Shown: positions 10,981 to 21,298, counted from the first letter of the stretch. The stretch is 64,000 nucleotides of DNA from Spirochaetia bacterium (GCA_965198005.1 CBDAOI010000004.1:928001-992000); one strand, 5' to 3'. Made by a program: numbers and translations. The notes: generated from the letters alone by a model not told the origin.

Positions 10981-12294
10981 TCAGCCCAGGCCGAGCTGGC
11001 GCAGCTTGTTGAACAGGGTGCGGCGGGTGATGCCGAGCTCGGCGGCGGCGCGCGTGCGGTTGCCCTCCCAGCGCGCCAGGGCGGCTTCGATGAGGCGGCG
11101 TTCCTGCTCCTTGAGAGTGCCGGCGAGGGGCGCCGGCTGGAGATACAGCTCCGGTGCGCCACCTGCCGGCGCGGGCCGCGCGGCGCCCAGGTCGAGGTCG
11201 TCCGGGCCGATGGTGGCGCCCTCGGTGAAGATCACCGCCCGCTCCAGGATGTTCTCCAGTTCGCGTACGTTGCCGGGGAAGCGGTAGCCGGCCAGCACCT
11301 GCAGCGCCGCCGGACTCAGCCCCTGGAGCTGGCGGCCCATGGTGCGGTTGAGCCGGGTCAGGATGCGTCCGCCCAGCGGCGGCAGGTGGATGCGCACCAC
11401 GTTGAGCCGGTAGTAGAGGTCCTCGCGGAACCGGCCGGCGGCCACTTCCTCCTCCAGCGCGCGGTTGGTGGCGGCGATCAGGCGGGCCGCGATCGGCACC
11501 GCCGCGGTGCCGCCCAGGCGTTGGATGCGACGCTCCTGCACCGCGCGCAGCAGCTTGACCTGCAGGTGCGCCGCCAGCTCCCCGATCTCATCCAGGAACA
11601 GGGTGCCGGCGGCGGCCAGCTCGAACATGCCGATCTTGCGCTGCGCAGCACCGGTGAAGGCGCCGCGCTCGTGGCCGAACAGCTCGCTCTCCAGCAGTGC
11701 CTCGGGAATGCCTCCGGTGTTCACCGGGATGAACGGGCCGGCACGGGCGGAGTGGTGATGCAGGGCGCGCGCCACCACCTCCTTGCCGGTGCCGCTCTCG
11801 CCGGTGACCAGCACCGTCGACGGCGTGGGCGCCACCTTGCGCACCAGGGCCTCGATCCGCGCCATGGCGGCACTCTCGCCCAGGGGCGGCAGGTCGGCAC
11901 CGGCCCGTCCGGCCGCCTCGGCGTGGTCGCGCAGCGCCTGCGCCTCCACCAGCTTGGTGAGCCGCAGCACCAGCTCTTCCGGATCGAACGGCTTGACCAG
12001 GTAGTCGCCGGCGCCCAGCTTCATCGCCGCCACCGCGTCCGCCACCTCCCCGTACGCCGAGATCATGATCACCGGCAGGCGCGGCCGCTCGGCGCGCATC
12101 CAGCGCAGCAGCTCCAGCCCGTCCATGCCCGGCATCCTGAGGTCGATCACCGCGGCCGCGAAGGTCTCCTGCTGCAGCCGGCGCTGCGCGGCCAGTCCAT
12201 TGTCCGCGGTCACCACCTCGGCGCCGTCGAGCTCCAGGTAGTGCTGCAGCGACGTGCGGATGTTGCGCTCGTCGTCGGCGACCAGCACCCTCAT
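10981..12294 (-). CDS. sigma54-dependent response regulator (NtrC family), short internal deletion
   Basis: Receiver domain, GESGTGKE, GAFTGA, FREDLYYRLNV, Fis-type HTH; the usual LRER..DI segment after LPPL is missing. Confidence 0.9.
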   Translation of the reverse strand: MRVLVADDERNIRTSLQHYLELDGAEVVTADNGLAAQRRLQQETFAAAVIDLRMPGMDGLELLRWMRAERPRLPVIMISAYGEVADAVAAMKLGAGDYLVKPFDPEELVLRLTKLVEAQALRDHAEAAGRAGADLPPLGESAAMARIEALVRKVAPTPSTVLVTGESGTGKEVVARALHHHSARAGPFIPVNTGGIPEALLESELFGHERGAFTGAAQRKIGMFELAAAGTLFLDEIGELAAHLQVKLLRAVQERRIQRLGGTAAVPIAARLIAATNRALEEEVAAGRFREDLYYRLNVVRIHLPPLGGRILTRLNRTMGRQLQGLSPAALQVLAGYRFPGNVRELENILERAVIFTEGATIGPDDLDLGAARPAPAGGAPELYLQPAPLAGTLKEQERRLIEAALARWEGNRTRAAAELGITRRTLFNKLRQLGLG

Positions 12295-13553
12295 GCCGCG
12301 GCCCCCGCCCGCGGCAGGGTGACGCGCGCCTCGGTGCCGCCGCCCGGGCGCGGATTCAACTCCAGGGTGCCGCCCGCCGCCTCGATGAAGCGCAGGGTGA
12401 TCGGCAGCCCGATCCCCGAACCCTTCGACTTGGTGGTGTAGAACGGATCGAATACCCGCGGCCGCTGCTCCGGCGCAATCCCGCGGCCGCGGTCGAGCAC
12501 GCGCAGCGTGACCCGCTTGGCCGCGGCCGCGGCCGTTACCTCGACCGGCGCGGCCGCGCCGCCGCCGCTCTCCTGCGCGTTGCGGATCAGGTTCTCCACC
12601 GCCGAGCGCAGCCGTTCGCGGTCGCAGCGGACCGCCAGCGGCGCCGCCGGAACCTCCACCCGCAGCCCGGCGTGGCGCTGCGCCAGCGCCGTCAGAAAGC
12701 CGTTGAGCACGATGGTCTCGGGGTTGCCGGCGGGGTCGCGCAGGAAGTCGCCCACGCGGTCGGCCAGCGCGGCCAGGCGGTCCACCTCTTGGTCGATCAC
12801 CTGTAATTCCGGCGCCGCCTCTGCGCCGAAGTCGGTGGTCCGGCGCAGGATGGCGGTAGCGGTATTCAGGCGGATCGCGCTGAGCGGATTCCTGATCTCG
12901 TGGGTGAGGGTGCGCGCCGCCTCGCCGAGCTGCACCAGCCGGCGCTGCGCTTCCAGCCGGCGCCGGAAGCGGATGTTGTTGCGAATCAGGATGGAGCCGC
13001 CGCCGACCACGACCGCGATCAGCAGCGGGCTGGCGACCTGGGCGACAAGCCAGCGGCGCTCGGCGCGGAAGTAGCCGGTGGCATCCACCTCGAGCAGCAT
13101 GAACTCGTTGCGACCGAACCCGCCGGGCCGCCCGCGCCCGCGCCGAAGGTCCGGGCCGAAGCGCGGATCCTGCGGCCGCCAGCGGCGTCGGTACAGCGTC
13201 AGGCTGCGCCGCGGGCGGTCATACTCGAAGCGGTCTTCGCCCGGCGCCAGCAGCCCCGGATCGAGCCGCGGCGGCACCTCGCCGATGCGGATTCGCTCCA
13301 CCCGGCCGGCGGCGTCGTAGGTCGCGGCCCGAATGATCGGATCGGCAAGGGTGGTGTCCACCTCGGCGCCGGCGACGGCCTGGGCCACGATCAGGAACAG
13401 CCCCGAGGCGATGCGCTCCGCCTCGTACTGCGCGAGCAGCTTGCTGCGTTCGCGCTCGCTGTGGATGAACACGCCGGTGAGCACGCTGAGCGCCGCGAAC
13501 GCGGCCAGCGCCGCCCCCGCTCCGATCAGGCTGCCGCGCGTCGCCGGCTTCAT
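12291..13553 (-). CDS. Sensor histidine kinase
   Basis: Two TM segments, HEIRNPL H-box, N-box NLIRNA, DRGRG and GSGIGL G-boxes; 4-nt overlap with the regulator. Confidence 0.92.
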   Translation of the reverse strand: MKPATRGSLIGAGAALAAFAALSVLTGVFIHSERERSKLLAQYEAERIASGLFLIVAQAVAGAEVDTTLADPIIRAATYDAAGRVERIRIGEVPPRLDPGLLAPGEDRFEYDRPRRSLTLYRRRWRPQDPRFGPDLRRGRGRPGGFGRNEFMLLEVDATGYFRAERRWLVAQVASPLLIAVVVGGGSILIRNNIRFRRRLEAQRRLVQLGEAARTLTHEIRNPLSAIRLNTATAILRRTTDFGAEAAPELQVIDQEVDRLAALADRVGDFLRDPAGNPETIVLNGFLTALAQRHAGLRVEVPAAPLAVRCDRERLRSAVENLIRNAQESGGGAAAPVEVTAAAAAKRVTLRVLDRGRGIAPEQRPRVFDPFYTTKSKGSGIGLPITLRFIEAAGGTLELNPRPGGGTEARVTLPRAGAAA

Positions 13554-13756
13554 GGTCGGTGCGCCAGCACGCCGTGCGGCGCGGCGGACGCGCCCAGGGC
13601 ACAGCGGATCCGAGCCATGAACACAAGTTTACCGCCGCCGCGCCGGCTGGTGGCAAGGGCCCGCGCCGGAGCGCCCGCCCCCTGGCCGTGCCACGCGAGG
13701 ATGCGTGACGGTACGCCGCGTCTACCGTGCGCCGCGGGCCCGTACCCTCAGCCCCG

Positions 13757-14276
13757 CTACGCGTCTTCGGCGCGTGGCGCCGCCGGCCCCACCTCCTGCG
13801 ATTGCCGCATCATGCCCGCTCCCTTGCCGGGGCGGCCGAAGAAGCGCCCGCCCCGATGGCCGCGGAACTGGCGGTCGCCGCGGCCGTGGCGGTCGCGCAG
13901 CTCGCCGAAGCTGGCGGCGGCCTCGGTAGGGGTTGCCGTTGATCTGGCCGACCGTAGCGGTGAGGGCCACGAGGTCGTTGCCGCGCCGCACCTCGAACCG
14001 CAGCGCGTCATCGACGCCGTGGTCGCTGATCGCCGCGAACAAGTCGCGCTTGCCGGCGATCCCGGTGCCGTCCACGCCGACGATCAGGTCGCCGCGTTGC
14101 AGGCCGGCACCGGCCGCGGGGCCGTCCGGGTCCACGGAAGCCACCAGGGCTCCGGTCTCGTTCTGGTTGTCCCAGAAGCCGTGCCAGGTGCGCGCGGCGG
14201 CCGGCAACGCGATCAGGGCCGCGGCCACGAGCGCCGCACCGGCGATCAGGAAACGTCTGGGCTGGCGAATGTTCAT
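13757..14276 (-). pseudogene. Secreted PDZ-domain protein, probable deletion/frameshift near 13925
   Basis: Signal peptide, GALVASVDPDGPAAGAGLQRGDLIVGVDG PDZ motif, Gly/Arg/His-rich tail in another frame; GGAGGA RBS. Confidence 0.7.
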
Positions 14277-14380
14277 GGGTAATCCTCCTCCGATGAACGG
14301 TGTTGTTGGCCGCTGCGGTAGTCCGCTGACCGGCTGGCAGCTCGGCAGCTCCGCTCCCGCCGCGGCGTTACCGCGACGAA

Positions 14381-14397
14381 TGCAGGAAGCGTGCCAA
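14381..14397 (-). promoter_or_regulatory. sigma54 -24/-12 promoter
   Basis: Minus strand TTGGCACGCTTCCTGCA has exact GG-N10-GC spacing, about 105 nt upstream of the PDZ gene. Confidence 0.75.
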
Positions 14398-14725
14398 GCA
14401 GGTCCAAGTCGCTGGTGCGGCTCCGCGTCACCTCCGGGGCCGGAATTCTTTTCCCGCTTCCCGTGTGCTGAGAAACTTTTTCCCGCGGCCGTGAATGCGG
14501 CATTCAGCCTCACCCGGCGCCGCAAAAAATCTCGAGAATCTCAGAATCTCAATGAAAAGCGCTTGACCGAGTGTCGGCGCCGCGGCGGCGCCACTCCAAC
14601 GGCACCCTGCACCGCCGCCGCACCGCGCAGGCGCTCGCGCGACAGTTTCTGTCCGCTGCTGGACCACGCTGCGGACCCTGCAGAGCGCTACTTGCCCACT
14701 CAAGATTTCTGCGGTAGGATTCGTA

Positions 14726-14751
14726 TTGACCATAGTCATGTCCATGGTCAA
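14726..14751. promoter_or_regulatory. Inverted-repeat operator upstream of the TA operon
   Basis: TTGACCAT-N10-ATGGTCAA. Confidence 0.6.
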
Positions 14752-14777
14752 GCAGGAGGCACTCGAGGTAACGAGCA

Positions 14778-15062
14778 ATGCATGCCGACGAACAACAAGC
14801 GGGCGGCGGACCGACTGTCGTCAAGGCATCCGAATTCAAGGCCACGTGTCTTCAGCTCATGGATCGAGTAGCGGATCTGGGCGAAGAGATCGTGATCACC
14901 AAGAACGGGCGCCCGGTATCGCGGCTGGTGCCGTACCGGACCAGGCCGCGAACCCTGTTCGGCATTGATCGCGGCAGGATCGAGTTGGTTGGCGACATTA
15001 TCGAGCCGGTAGACGTGGAGTGGGAAGCCCAACACGGGCCCGCAGGGAAGGCGGGCAAGTGA
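14778..15062 (+). CDS. Phd/YefM family antitoxin
   Basis: KASEFKATCLQLMDRV...EEIVITKNGRPVSRLVP. Confidence 0.88.
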   Translation: MHADEQQAGGGPTVVKASEFKATCLQLMDRVADLGEEIVITKNGRPVSRLVPYRTRPRTLFGIDRGRIELVGDIIEPVDVEWEAQHGPAGKAGK

Positions 15063-15155
15063 TCCTGCTCGACACCCACGTGATGCTGTGGCTGAGGTTG
15101 GGCGAACCGGAGCTTGGCACCGGAGCGCGTGTCGAGATCGATCGCGCGTGGCAGT
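15059..15155 (+). pseudogene. VapC/PIN toxin, truncated after about 33 codons
   Basis: VILLDTHVMLW start overlapping the antitoxin stop. Confidence 0.8.
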
Positions 15156-15380
15156 CAGATTGTCGAGAGCTCGATCGACGGTGCGCAGCGCCGCTTCCAC
15201 GGTGCTGGGGTTGGCGTTGCGCGGTGACGGAGCCTCGGTCGGCGGGGAGAAGATCGGCCCGAGTAGGCGAGTACGGATCTTGACCAACAACGCGCCGCGG
15301 CGCACGCCATCTGCCGTGAGCCGATAGCGCCGGCTGTTGCCGACGCGCTCGGCCCGCGCCTTCCCTGGGTTTGGAAGGCC
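15156..15380 (-). mobile_element. C-terminal fragment of a winged-helix-tailed putative transposase
   Basis: AERVGNSRRYRLTADGVRRGALLVKIRTRLLGP...VDRALDNL; abuts the vapC break. Confidence 0.5.
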
Positions 15381-16220
15381 GTCAGGGGGCCGCTATGAGG
15401 CCGACTCGGACGCCGAGCGGCCCGCTGCCGGCCAATCGGCGGTGAATGCCGGCCCTGAACGGGTCCGAGTGCCGAGATCGTCGCCGCGGCGGCGCTCGTG
15501 CTGCCGCTCCTGTCCGAGCAGCCTCGAACTCAACCGACGAGCGGCTCGCGGTTGCACCTCCGGAGCGCCGCGACGGCCGCAGCAACGGCCCATTCCCCGC
15601 GCGCGCGGCGACTGACGGAGCGGCGGCTTGACGCTCGAGGAGGTCTGCCGTCGCTAGTAGCTGGTCCTGGAGGTGGCTGCGACCCGACCAGGCTGGGCTG
15701 CGGGCGGTGGCGGCGCGGTCAATACGGAGCCAGCGGTGCCGGGAAGCGGCGTTGACGGGTGTTGCAGGGGGTACCCCAGGCTTACCCCCGAGGGGCTATG
15801 AGGCCGACGTGGACGGTGATGGCCGGATGATACGCCTGCTTGCCGCCGCTACCACGGCCTGCGGACGGCCACATCGCCGGCGAATGACGGCTCCGGAGGG
15901 GCGATGCGCCCGAGTCGGCGCCGCGAGGGGCTCTCGGCTGCCGCGGCTGCCCGAACGAAATCTCAAGAAACCTTCAATTCGCCAGTTTTTCCTGTTGATT
16001 TGTGCCGCAGGGGTGGCATACTGAAAGTCTCAGGTTTGAACGGATGCAAAAGATGGCTGAAAACACTACTCAGCGCTGCCACCGGTTAGGGGCAACGCAA
16101 CCGGCGCGTCCTACCCTTGCCCCCCCCCCGGAATCCTTTCGCGGCGGGGGTTGACAAATGGTGGGCCCCCCAGACTGTCTCTTCAGGCCATCGACTGCCG
16201 TTCACCGAGAATTGCTGTAC

Positions 16221-16374
16221 TTCGATCTGGCTGGTTGCCCCGAGTCGTAGGTCCGTGCTACGGTCGCACCGTAGAGCCATGAGCTGCCAGATTTCTTCGA
16301 TTTTTTCGACGCGGCTGGTTGATCCGAGTCGCACGTCCGTGGTACGGTCGCGCACGTCCGTGGTACGGTCGCAC
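16221..16374. repeat. Two imperfect ~49-bp direct repeats (84-bp period), the second with an internal 21-bp duplication
   Basis: ttcga..ggctggttg..ccgagtcg...gtccgtg.tacggtcg at 16221 and 16305. Confidence 0.7.
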
Positions 16375-16787
16375 AGTAAAGTCATGCACGGTCCCTGTAG
16401 GCCCCCAAACAAGTTAGCGCTTATGGCCCCCCCCCCCCCCCCCCAAGTACTTGCACGAGAACCACTAAGCGCTTGGGCTGAGTGCGCCGCGCGCTGGGCG
16501 CGCCGCTTCGCCTGCACCACCACTACCTCGACCGCCTGCCTGGCGGCCCGCCGGCATTGCCGGTTACTCACTTTGGCTGCGTCGCCGACCAGCGCCCCAC
16601 GCGGCGCTCCGGGATCAGGTGCGCGCACCCGTTCAAGGAGGTGCCGGATGTAGGACGCAGGATGCAGAACCGACTCGAACTCGGGCTGCCGTTCTCGCTT
16701 TCCGGCACCTGCGATTGCGGGTGTACTTCGAGAGTGGGCGAGGGATGGGCAGTGGTATCAGCACTCTCGAATATTTAGGAGTCGAAG

Positions 16788-18590
16788 ATGCATTACGGAA
16801 TCTTTCGAAAGTTCCTCGCGGTACTGTTCGGTCTCGTGCTGACCGCAACCGCGCTCTGGGCGAGCCCGGCCGGCGAAGAGGCTCCGGCAGCCGCCATGGA
16901 GCAGGAAATGGTGATGGACCCCACCACCGGCCAAATGGTGACGGCGCCGGAGTATGGCGGGACATTTACCCACGCCACAAAGGGCGACTATCCGGTTGCC
17001 GACACGTGGTTCCAGCACGGGCCGGGAATTCTTCTCGCTCCTGTTGTAGAGAAGCTGGGCATTGCGGACTGGGCAATACCAAGGGACCAAAATAGCCTCA
17101 CTTCAACAGGCGTGGTGCTGGGAATTCCCCTAAGAGGGCAGCTGGCTGAAAGCTGGGAGCAACCCGACCCGCTCACTCTTATCTTCCACATCCGTCAGGG
17201 TGTTCACTGGCACGATAAGGCGCCGATGAACGGTCGGGAGCTGGATGCCTCGGACATCGAATACAACCTTCACCGTGTGACGGCTCTCGGCAGCGGCTTC
17301 ACCGAACCTAGTCCCACTGGCTGGATCAAGGATTTGCCAATCGAATCGATAGCGGCCACCGACAAGTGGACGGTTGTCGTGAAGCTGAAGGAGCCAAACC
17401 TCCAAGCGCTGATGAACCTCACCCTCGCCCAAACCGGCACCATATTACCCCCCGAGGTAATCAAACAGCAGGGCGACGTCAAAGATTGGAGGAACCTGGT
17501 CGGCACTGGGCCCTATATGCTGACTGACAGGGTCGAGGAAAGCTCGATAACCTACGAAAAGAATCCTGACTACTGGGGCTACGACGAGAAATACCCGGAG
17601 AACCGCTTGCCCTATACTGACAAGATAAGGACCCTGATCATGCCTGAAACGGCGACAATTCTGGCGGCGCTACGCTCGCGTCAGCTTGATTATACGGGTC
17701 AGGCCGGGGCATCTTCAATAACATCACTCGACCAGGCAGACAGCCTCAAGCGCACGAACCCTGAGATCGTGCAGTGGTATGTGTTCGGGCGGTCGGAGAC
17801 TGCTCTTGGTTTTGACGTTGTCAATCCGCCTTTTGACGACCTGAGGGTGCGCAAGGCGATGCAGATGGCAATTGACCCCGAGGCGATGAACAATACCTAC
17901 TTTAGAGGTGAGGGAGTCGCGACACCTCACGGGTGGGTAAGGGTCGAGGGGTATAACATCCCATTTGCAGAGTGGCCCACAGAGGTCAAGAAAGGCTATA
18001 TGTATGACCCGGAAGGTGCCGAGGCGTTGCTCGATGCGGCTGGGCTCCCCCGCGGTTCGGACGGCATTAGGTTCAAGACGAAGATGACTCATTACCAGCC
18101 GGTCGACATAAACCCCATGCAAGCAGAGGTTGAATACTGGCGTGAGATCGGCGTTGACGTAGTGATTGAGGTAGTCGACGCGCCTACGCTTGTCGATCGT
18201 GTACATAACCATACCTTTGAGGGTATGGTCACTTCGATTGCGGCTGTTGACTGGTCCCCGCCCGCCGCGGTACGCCAATCGCACTCGGCCACTGCTTTCA
18301 ACCGCACCGGGTTGACCGGCGCGAATACGGATTCCGTTTATGACGCCATGGTTGAAGCCGCCGACGCCGCTGCCACCCTCGAGGAGCAGCAGAGGCTGGT
18401 GGGAGAGGCGGATATGTACGCGATAGAGAGGCACTGGTATCTATGGGGTCCGATGGCCCCATTTATTCTCGCGCACCAGCCGTGGGTCAAAGGTTACAAC
18501 GGTGAGACCGATCTGGGGGCCGTCAGCTCTGGCTTGGTCTACGCGCGCCTCTGGATTGATAGCGCGATGAAGGAAGCGATGGGCTATTAG
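16788..18590 (+). CDS. Peptide/nickel-family ABC substrate-binding protein
   Basis: Signal peptide, LAESWE, GTGPY, PFDDLRVRKAM. Confidence 0.92.
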   Translation: MHYGIFRKFLAVLFGLVLTATALWASPAGEEAPAAAMEQEMVMDPTTGQMVTAPEYGGTFTHATKGDYPVADTWFQHGPGILLAPVVEKLGIADWAIPRDQNSLTSTGVVLGIPLRGQLAESWEQPDPLTLIFHIRQGVHWHDKAPMNGRELDASDIEYNLHRVTALGSGFTEPSPTGWIKDLPIESIAATDKWTVVVKLKEPNLQALMNLTLAQTGTILPPEVIKQQGDVKDWRNLVGTGPYMLTDRVEESSITYEKNPDYWGYDEKYPENRLPYTDKIRTLIMPETATILAALRSRQLDYTGQAGASSITSLDQADSLKRTNPEIVQWYVFGRSETALGFDVVNPPFDDLRVRKAMQMAIDPEAMNNTYFRGEGVATPHGWVRVEGYNIPFAEWPTEVKKGYMYDPEGAEALLDAAGLPRGSDGIRFKTKMTHYQPVDINPMQAEVEYWREIGVDVVIEVVDAPTLVDRVHNHTFEGMVTSIAAVDWSPPAAVRQSHSATAFNRTGLTGANTDSVYDAMVEAADAAATLEEQQRLVGEADMYAIERHWYLWGPMAPFILAHQPWVKGYNGETDLGAVSSGLVYARLWIDSAMKEAMGY

Positions 18591-18695
18591 GGCTTACTCT
18601 TCTCGGTGAGCTTGGAGTAGGAAGGGGGCGGGGAGGCTGTCGCTTCAGAGCGCGGTTCCCAGCTCCCTTTCTCATTGAATGACGAGGCGTGTGAC

Positions 18696-19694
18696 ATGAG
18701 AGCCTATCTCATCCGGCGGTTGCTGCTGATAATCCCCACCTTGTGGATATTGACCACCCTGGTCTTCCTGTCCGTGCGCTTCATCCCCGGCGATACAGTA
18801 GATGCGATGGTGGGTGAACTGGACGCCCAGGGTGTCGAGGTAGACCGTGCAGCAATAGAACGCATGCTGGGATTGGACGTGCCTGCCTGGGTGCAGTATG
18901 GACGCTGGATAGGAGTGTTGCCAACCCCCCACTGGATTACCGGCGAGTCCGAATTCAACGGTCTCCTCCAGGGCACCCTTGGCGACTCACTGCTTGGCTT
19001 CAGATCCGTAGAGGAGAAGATAATAGACAGACTGCCAGTAACCATTCAGCTTGGCGTCATGGCAATCGTAATCGGGCTGGTGATAGCCCTGCCAGTCGGC
19101 ATCTACTCGGCGATTCGCCAGGATACGGCCGCCGACTACGCGGGGCGCTCCATCGCCATCATCGGCCTGGCCACGCCCAACTTCTGGATCGGCATCATGG
19201 TCATGATCTACCCGGTCATCTGGTGGGGCTGGGCGCCGCCGCTGGAGCTGGTTGCCTTCACCGAAGACCCGCTGGGGAATCTGGCGGTGTTCATTATTCC
19301 CAGCCTGATTCTGGGAACGGCCTCGGCGGCTGCGACCATGCGGATGATGCGCACCATGATGCTGGAGGTGCTGAGGCAGGATTTTATCAGGACCGCCTGG
19401 TCCAAGGGACTGAGGGAGCGGGTCGTCGTCATGCGGCACGCCATCAAGAATGCCCTCATCCCGGTGGTTTCGCTGGTAGGCCTGCAGCTGCCTATTCTGG
19501 TAGGTGGCTCCGTGATCATGGAGAACATATTCAACCTGCCGGGGCTGGGTCGGCTCATGGTGCAGGCACTGAGTGACCGAGATTACCCGGTGGTCTCGGG
19601 AATCAACCTGTTTTTCGCCACTGGCGTGGTTGGGATCAATCTGCTGATCGACCTGGTCTACGCGGTCTTGGACCCCAGGGTTCGCTATGACTGA
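18696..19694 (+). CDS. ABC permease (DppB/OppB-like)
   Basis: YLIRRLL, FIPGD, EAA loop DFIRTAWSKGL, RDYPVV. Confidence 0.93.
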   Translation: MRAYLIRRLLLIIPTLWILTTLVFLSVRFIPGDTVDAMVGELDAQGVEVDRAAIERMLGLDVPAWVQYGRWIGVLPTPHWITGESEFNGLLQGTLGDSLLGFRSVEEKIIDRLPVTIQLGVMAIVIGLVIALPVGIYSAIRQDTAADYAGRSIAIIGLATPNFWIGIMVMIYPVIWWGWAPPLELVAFTEDPLGNLAVFIIPSLILGTASAAATMRMMRTMMLEVLRQDFIRTAWSKGLRERVVVMRHAIKNALIPVVSLVGLQLPILVGGSVIMENIFNLPGLGRLMVQALSDRDYPVVSGINLFFATGVVGINLLIDLVYAVLDPRVRYD

Positions 19695-20559
19695 GTTCTT
19701 TCGCAGGCTGGTCAGGGAGAAGCCACTGGGTATTGTCAGCGGGATTGTGATAGTGCTCTTGATTATCGTCAGTATCTTCGCTGATGTTCTGGCCCCCTAT
19801 CCACACTACGAAATGCACCTGGTAGACCGGCTGACTGGCCCATCCGCCCAGTATCTCCTGGGTGCCGACCAGTTGGGCCGAGACCTCCTGAGCCGCCTTA
19901 TCTACGGGGCCCGTCTTTCGCTGGTCGTCGGTCTGGCAGCGACCACGGTCAACGTTCTGGTCGCTGTTCTGCTAGGCGGCACCTCGGGATTCCTCGGCGG
20001 CAGACTGGACTTGGTGGTGCAACGGTTCGTCGATGCCTGGATGTCTTTCCCGGGACTGCTGCTGCTGTTGACCATCATATCCATCGTGGGCCAGGGGTTG
20101 TTACAGCTCATCCTGATCCTGGGCATATCGGGAGGCATTGGCGGCTCGAGAGTGATCCGAGGCGCCGTCATCGGCATCAAGGAAGCCGACTACCTGCTAT
20201 CGGCGACAGCAACCGGCAGCTCGACAATGCGATCGCTTGTCCAGCACGTCCTGCCCAACATCATGCCGGTCGTCATCATCATATTCAGCATCAACATTGG
20301 CGGCGTCATCATTGCCGAGGCTTCTCTGAGCTTCCTGGGATTCGGACTGCCGCCGCATGTTCCGAGCTGGGGAGCCATGCTCAGCCGGGAAGGGCGCGAA
20401 TTCATGGAGATCGCGCCAGGGCTCGCTTTCTGGCCCGGTTTCTGCCTGACGATTGTCGTGTACTGTTTCAACATGCTCGGCGACGCCATGCGGGACCTGC
20501 TCGACCCCAGGCTCAGGGGCGGTGGCGGGCGCCTCGGTGCCGCTGCCTCGACCCACTGA
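19687..20559 (+). CDS. ABC permease (DppC/OppC-like)
   Basis: LGADQLGRD, HVLPN, EASLSFLGFG, SWGAML; no ATPase follows. Confidence 0.93.
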   Translation: MTEFFRRLVREKPLGIVSGIVIVLLIIVSIFADVLAPYPHYEMHLVDRLTGPSAQYLLGADQLGRDLLSRLIYGARLSLVVGLAATTVNVLVAVLLGGTSGFLGGRLDLVVQRFVDAWMSFPGLLLLLTIISIVGQGLLQLILILGISGGIGGSRVIRGAVIGIKEADYLLSATATGSSTMRSLVQHVLPNIMPVVIIIFSINIGGVIIAEASLSFLGFGLPPHVPSWGAMLSREGREFMEIAPGLAFWPGFCLTIVVYCFNMLGDAMRDLLDPRLRGGGGRLGAAASTH

Positions 20560-20577
20560 GGTGCGATCCGAGCCGGG

Positions 20578-21075
20578 TCAGCCAGCGGGAGCGGCGTGCA
20601 GGTGGAGGGTGGTGGTGATCCGCACGCAGCCGCGCAGGGTGCGGGCCACCGGACACCGGTCGGCATGGAAGCCGTGGGCGCGCTCGGCCGCGGCGCGCTG
20701 GGCCGGGTTCAGCTTCAGGTGGTAGTCGACGTGGATCGCGCGGACTACCAGAACCGCGCCGTCCTTACCGATGTAACCGGTCGCCTGACTGGTGAGGTAT
20801 CCCTCGCCAGCCGGTATGTCGCGCGCTTCCAGCGCGCCTCCCAACGTCCCGGTCAGTCACCCGGCGGCGGCCGCCACCACGTAGTCCAGCGTCGTGGTAT
20901 GCGGCGCATGCTGCCCGGGGTCGACGCCGTAATGCTCGGCTACCTGCGAATGGACCCCGAACAGCACCGGGTCGGGCGCGGCCGGCAGGTACGCGCGGCG
21001 CAACGGCCCGCGCAACCGCTCGATGCGCACCTCGGATCGATAGACCGTGTCGGGCGGAACGCCGCCTTGAGCCAT
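20578..21075 (-). CDS. OsmC-like protein with in-frame UGA (probable selenocysteine)
   Basis: The two tracked ORFs are one frame: YVVAAAAG-TGA(20857-20859)-LTGTLGGALEAR...CPVARTL. Confidence 0.8.
20821..20837 (-). promoter_or_regulatory. Putative bacterial SECIS hairpin
   Basis: GCGCGCU-GGA-AGCGCGC with the loop 26 nt after the UGA. Confidence 0.65.
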
Positions 21076-21197
21076 GGCTCATCCTACACCCCGAGCGCCA
21101 AGCCCGCCAGTCCGTCAACGACAACACTTGCAGAGAGCTGGGCCGGCGCTCGAGATTGCCTGGCTTGCGCTCGTTCCGCGCCTCCCTGGGCTGAACA

Positions 21198-21235
21198 TGC
21201 TATGATGTCGTCATAAAGCGGCGCAAAATGACGAC
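21198..21235 (+). promoter_or_regulatory. Extended -10 plus inverted repeat upstream of the AAA_14 gene
   Basis: TGcTATGAT immediately followed by GTCGTCAT-N13-ATGACGAC. Confidence 0.5.
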
Positions 21236-21298
21236 GGACGTTGCAGTTTTCACACCGCACCGTGCAGGCGGCGGGCCGCGTGTCCGGCAGGCGGACGC

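Noticed and set aside
15385-15830. Repeated gctatgaggccgac at ~15392 and ~15795
   Set aside because: Only two short copies in degraded DNA; no supportable element
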